Of a stretch of 35,655 nt of DNA, positions 34,291-35,655 are shown one piece after another. The position numbers and the translations under genes were made by a program. The notes under the pieces are model-generated. The model was not told where the DNA came from. It saw only the letters and a program-made list of their open reading frames with translations, and did not search any database. Each line of letters opens with the position of its first letter. The first letter of the stretch is position 1. The stretch is from a virus (Duplodnaviria; Caudoviricetes), in the IMG/VR virus record IMGVR_UViG_3300030620_000017, positions 1 to 35,655 of that record. One strand, written 5' to 3'.

Positions 34291-34713
34291 TCAGTCCTCC
34301 ACCATGCGGATCATGTCGGCCTGTTCCCGGGTGCGGCGGACCGCCCACTTGCCGGGGGCGAGAGCCACGGCGCCGTGCTCAGCGTGCAGCACGTGCACTG
34401 GCCTGGCGACATCGACGACGCCGATCGTCAACGCCTCCGAGTCGGTGACCTGCCGGCTGATACGGCAGTCCCCGGGTCCGGCGACGAGAACGTGGGCGTG
34501 GACCCCTTCGACCAGGGTGGTCTCCCCGGTGACCGGCTCCCAGGTGTCAGGTTCGTCCACCCCGTTCTCGGCGGCGAGGCGCATCGGGATGAACATGACG
34601 TCCCCCTGGGCGACCAGGCCATCGGAGATCGGGATCTCCGCGTCGGCCCAGGCGTCGAGGACATGGGGGTAGATGTCGATTCGTGTCTTCTCGGCGAGTT
34701 CAGCAAGCAACAT
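34291..34713 (-). CDS. His-rich putative metal-binding partner of DUF6745 protein
   Basis: QGDV..HAH..HAEH..LAPG.W.VRR.RE; AAAGGA SD. Confidence 0.72.
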   Translation of the reverse strand: MLLAELAEKTRIDIYPHVLDAWADAEIPISDGLVAQGDVMFIPMRLAAENGVDEPDTWEPVTGETTLVEGVHAHVLVAGPGDCRISRQVTDSEALTIGVVDVARPVHVLHAEHGAVALAPGKWAVRRTREQADMIRMVED

Positions 34714-34727
34714 TCCGTGTTCCTTTC

Positions 34728-35655
34728 CTATGTGCGTCGGCTCAACGCGGCGTAATCATCCCGGCGGAGACCGACACGCCACGCCGCGGCCGTGACCGGA
34801 TCCGAAATCTCAGACGGCACAGTCTCCGCGTAGCGGCGACGGGTGCCGTCACGTTCCACCGAACCGTTCGTCATCAAAAGCAGCCTCACCCCCGGCGGGT
34901 AGAGCCCGGCGGGCGGGTCGTAGAGCAGCAGATCATGCGGAGCGTTCCCCGGGTCGGGTGCCGATGCCACCGGTGTCAACCCGGCATGGGTGATCCACCT
35001 GTCCCATCCATAGGACTCGATGGCGGCCCTGCGGACCTCGGCGTTCTGCTCGCCGGCTATCAGCTCCGGCGACGGTTCCTCGACCACCCAGGAGGGGACA
35101 TTGAGGCCATGCCAGAACCACAATCCCCAGCCGTCCCGGAATCGGATCGCCGGGGCGGCCTCGTGATGTAGCCGCCGACCGTCGCCGGTCGTCTCGAGAT
35201 GAATCGTCTGGGGAGTGTCACAGACCATCACGAACTCGCGGTGAGGCCACCACCATCCAGCGGCGTTGGCATCCTGGTACGCGCCAAGCCGATGCCACTG
35301 GTCACCCTCGAGGTCGAGACCTGCGATGTCCCGGAAGAAGGTGAGCCAGCCCAGCCAACCAGACCACCATCGGCCGCCCAGCCGCTTCCACCAGGCCGAG
35401 CGGACGGCCGAGTAGACGGCCGAGCCGACGGCCGAGCCGACGGCCGAGCCGACGGCCGAGCCGACGGCCGAGCGGACGGCCGAGTCGACGGCCGAGTCGA
35501 CGGCCGAGTCGACGGCCGAGTCGACGGCCGAGCGGACGGCCGAGTCGACGGCCGAGTCGACGGCCGAGTCGACGGCCGAGCCGACGGCCGAGTAGACGGC
35601 CGAGCCGACGGCCGAGTAGACGGCCGAGTAGACGGCCGAGCCGACGGCCGAGTCG
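34728..35655 (-). CDS. C-terminal part of DUF6745-like protein (frame open from the right edge)
   Basis: (xSAV)n then WWKRLGGRWWSGWLGWLTFFRD..GWWWPHREFVMVCDTP..RLHHEAAPAIRFRDGWGLWFWHG..EQNAEVRRAAIE..NGSVERDGTRRRY..VP..AAAW. Confidence 0.82.
   Translation of the reverse strand, partial: DSAVGSAVYSAVYSAVGSAVYSAVGSAVDSAVDSAVDSAVRSAVDSAVDSAVDSAVDSAVRSAVGSAVGSAVGSAVGSAVYSAVRSAWWKRLGGRWWSGWLGWLTFFRDIAGLDLEGDQWHRLGAYQDANAAGWWWPHREFVMVCDTPQTIHLETTGDGRRLHHEAAPAIRFRDGWGLWFWHGLNVPSWVVEEPSPELIAGEQNAEVRRAAIESYGWDRWITHAGLTPVASAPDPGNAPHDLLLYDPPAGLYPPGVRLLLMTNGSVERDGTRRRYAETVPSEISDPVTAAAWRVGLRRDDYAALSRRT
35394..35655. repeat. 12-bp tandem repeat, about 22 units, same array as 1-337
   Basis: Read directly; last 11 nt identical to first 11 nt of window. 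Confidence 0.97.

Larger units (their letters stand above)
1..35655. mobile_element. Temperate HK97-fold siphovirus of an actinobacterial host, apparently complete and circularly opened
   Basis: Full set of terminase, portal, protease, capsid, tail, lysis, integrase/repressor and replication genes; WhiB present; no host housekeeping genes; both ends carry the same 12-bp repeat and a single gene spans the junction. Confidence 0.92.

Noticed and set aside
1-35655. Diversity-generating retroelement or retron behind the variable repeats
   Set aside because: No reverse transcriptase motif and no TR/VR pair with adenine-specific differences were seen

Overview
This window looks like an essentially complete ~35.6 kb high-GC temperate siphovirus of an actinobacterial host (it encodes WhiB). 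The contig is opened inside a 12-bp tandem repeat. One minus-strand DUF6745-like gene starts at 583, runs off the left edge and continues from 35655 to 34728; it stays in frame if the 11-nt terminal overlap is collapsed. Almost all genes lie on the minus strand in ATGA/GTGA-coupled operons. The early/replication region holds Xis/Cro-like HTH, Rnl2-type RNA ligase, DNA methyltransferase, WhiB, DUF6745 plus partner, and an HTH replication initiator with internal iterons. It is followed by two HNH genes, terminase, HK97-type portal/ClpP protease/capsid, an extended head-decoration/fibre block, neck/tail, and lysis (amidase-CWB2, holin). A plus-strand repressor and XerC-like integrase form the lysogeny module. 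The most notable signals are: (1) a dif-like 11-6-11 site inside the 3' end of a leaderless repressor that ends in an ssrA-like LVAA tag, next to a short integrase; (2) an unannotated, strand-specific, pseudoknotted RNA candidate at ~6684-6850; (3) an endolysin with a single CWB2 repeat and an internal SD+ATG; (4) a CTG-initiated Cys-rich gene missed by the ORF track; (5) a variable xSAV tetrapeptide array; (6) an antiparallel nested gene pair. All calls come from reading motifs by eye; no searches were run.
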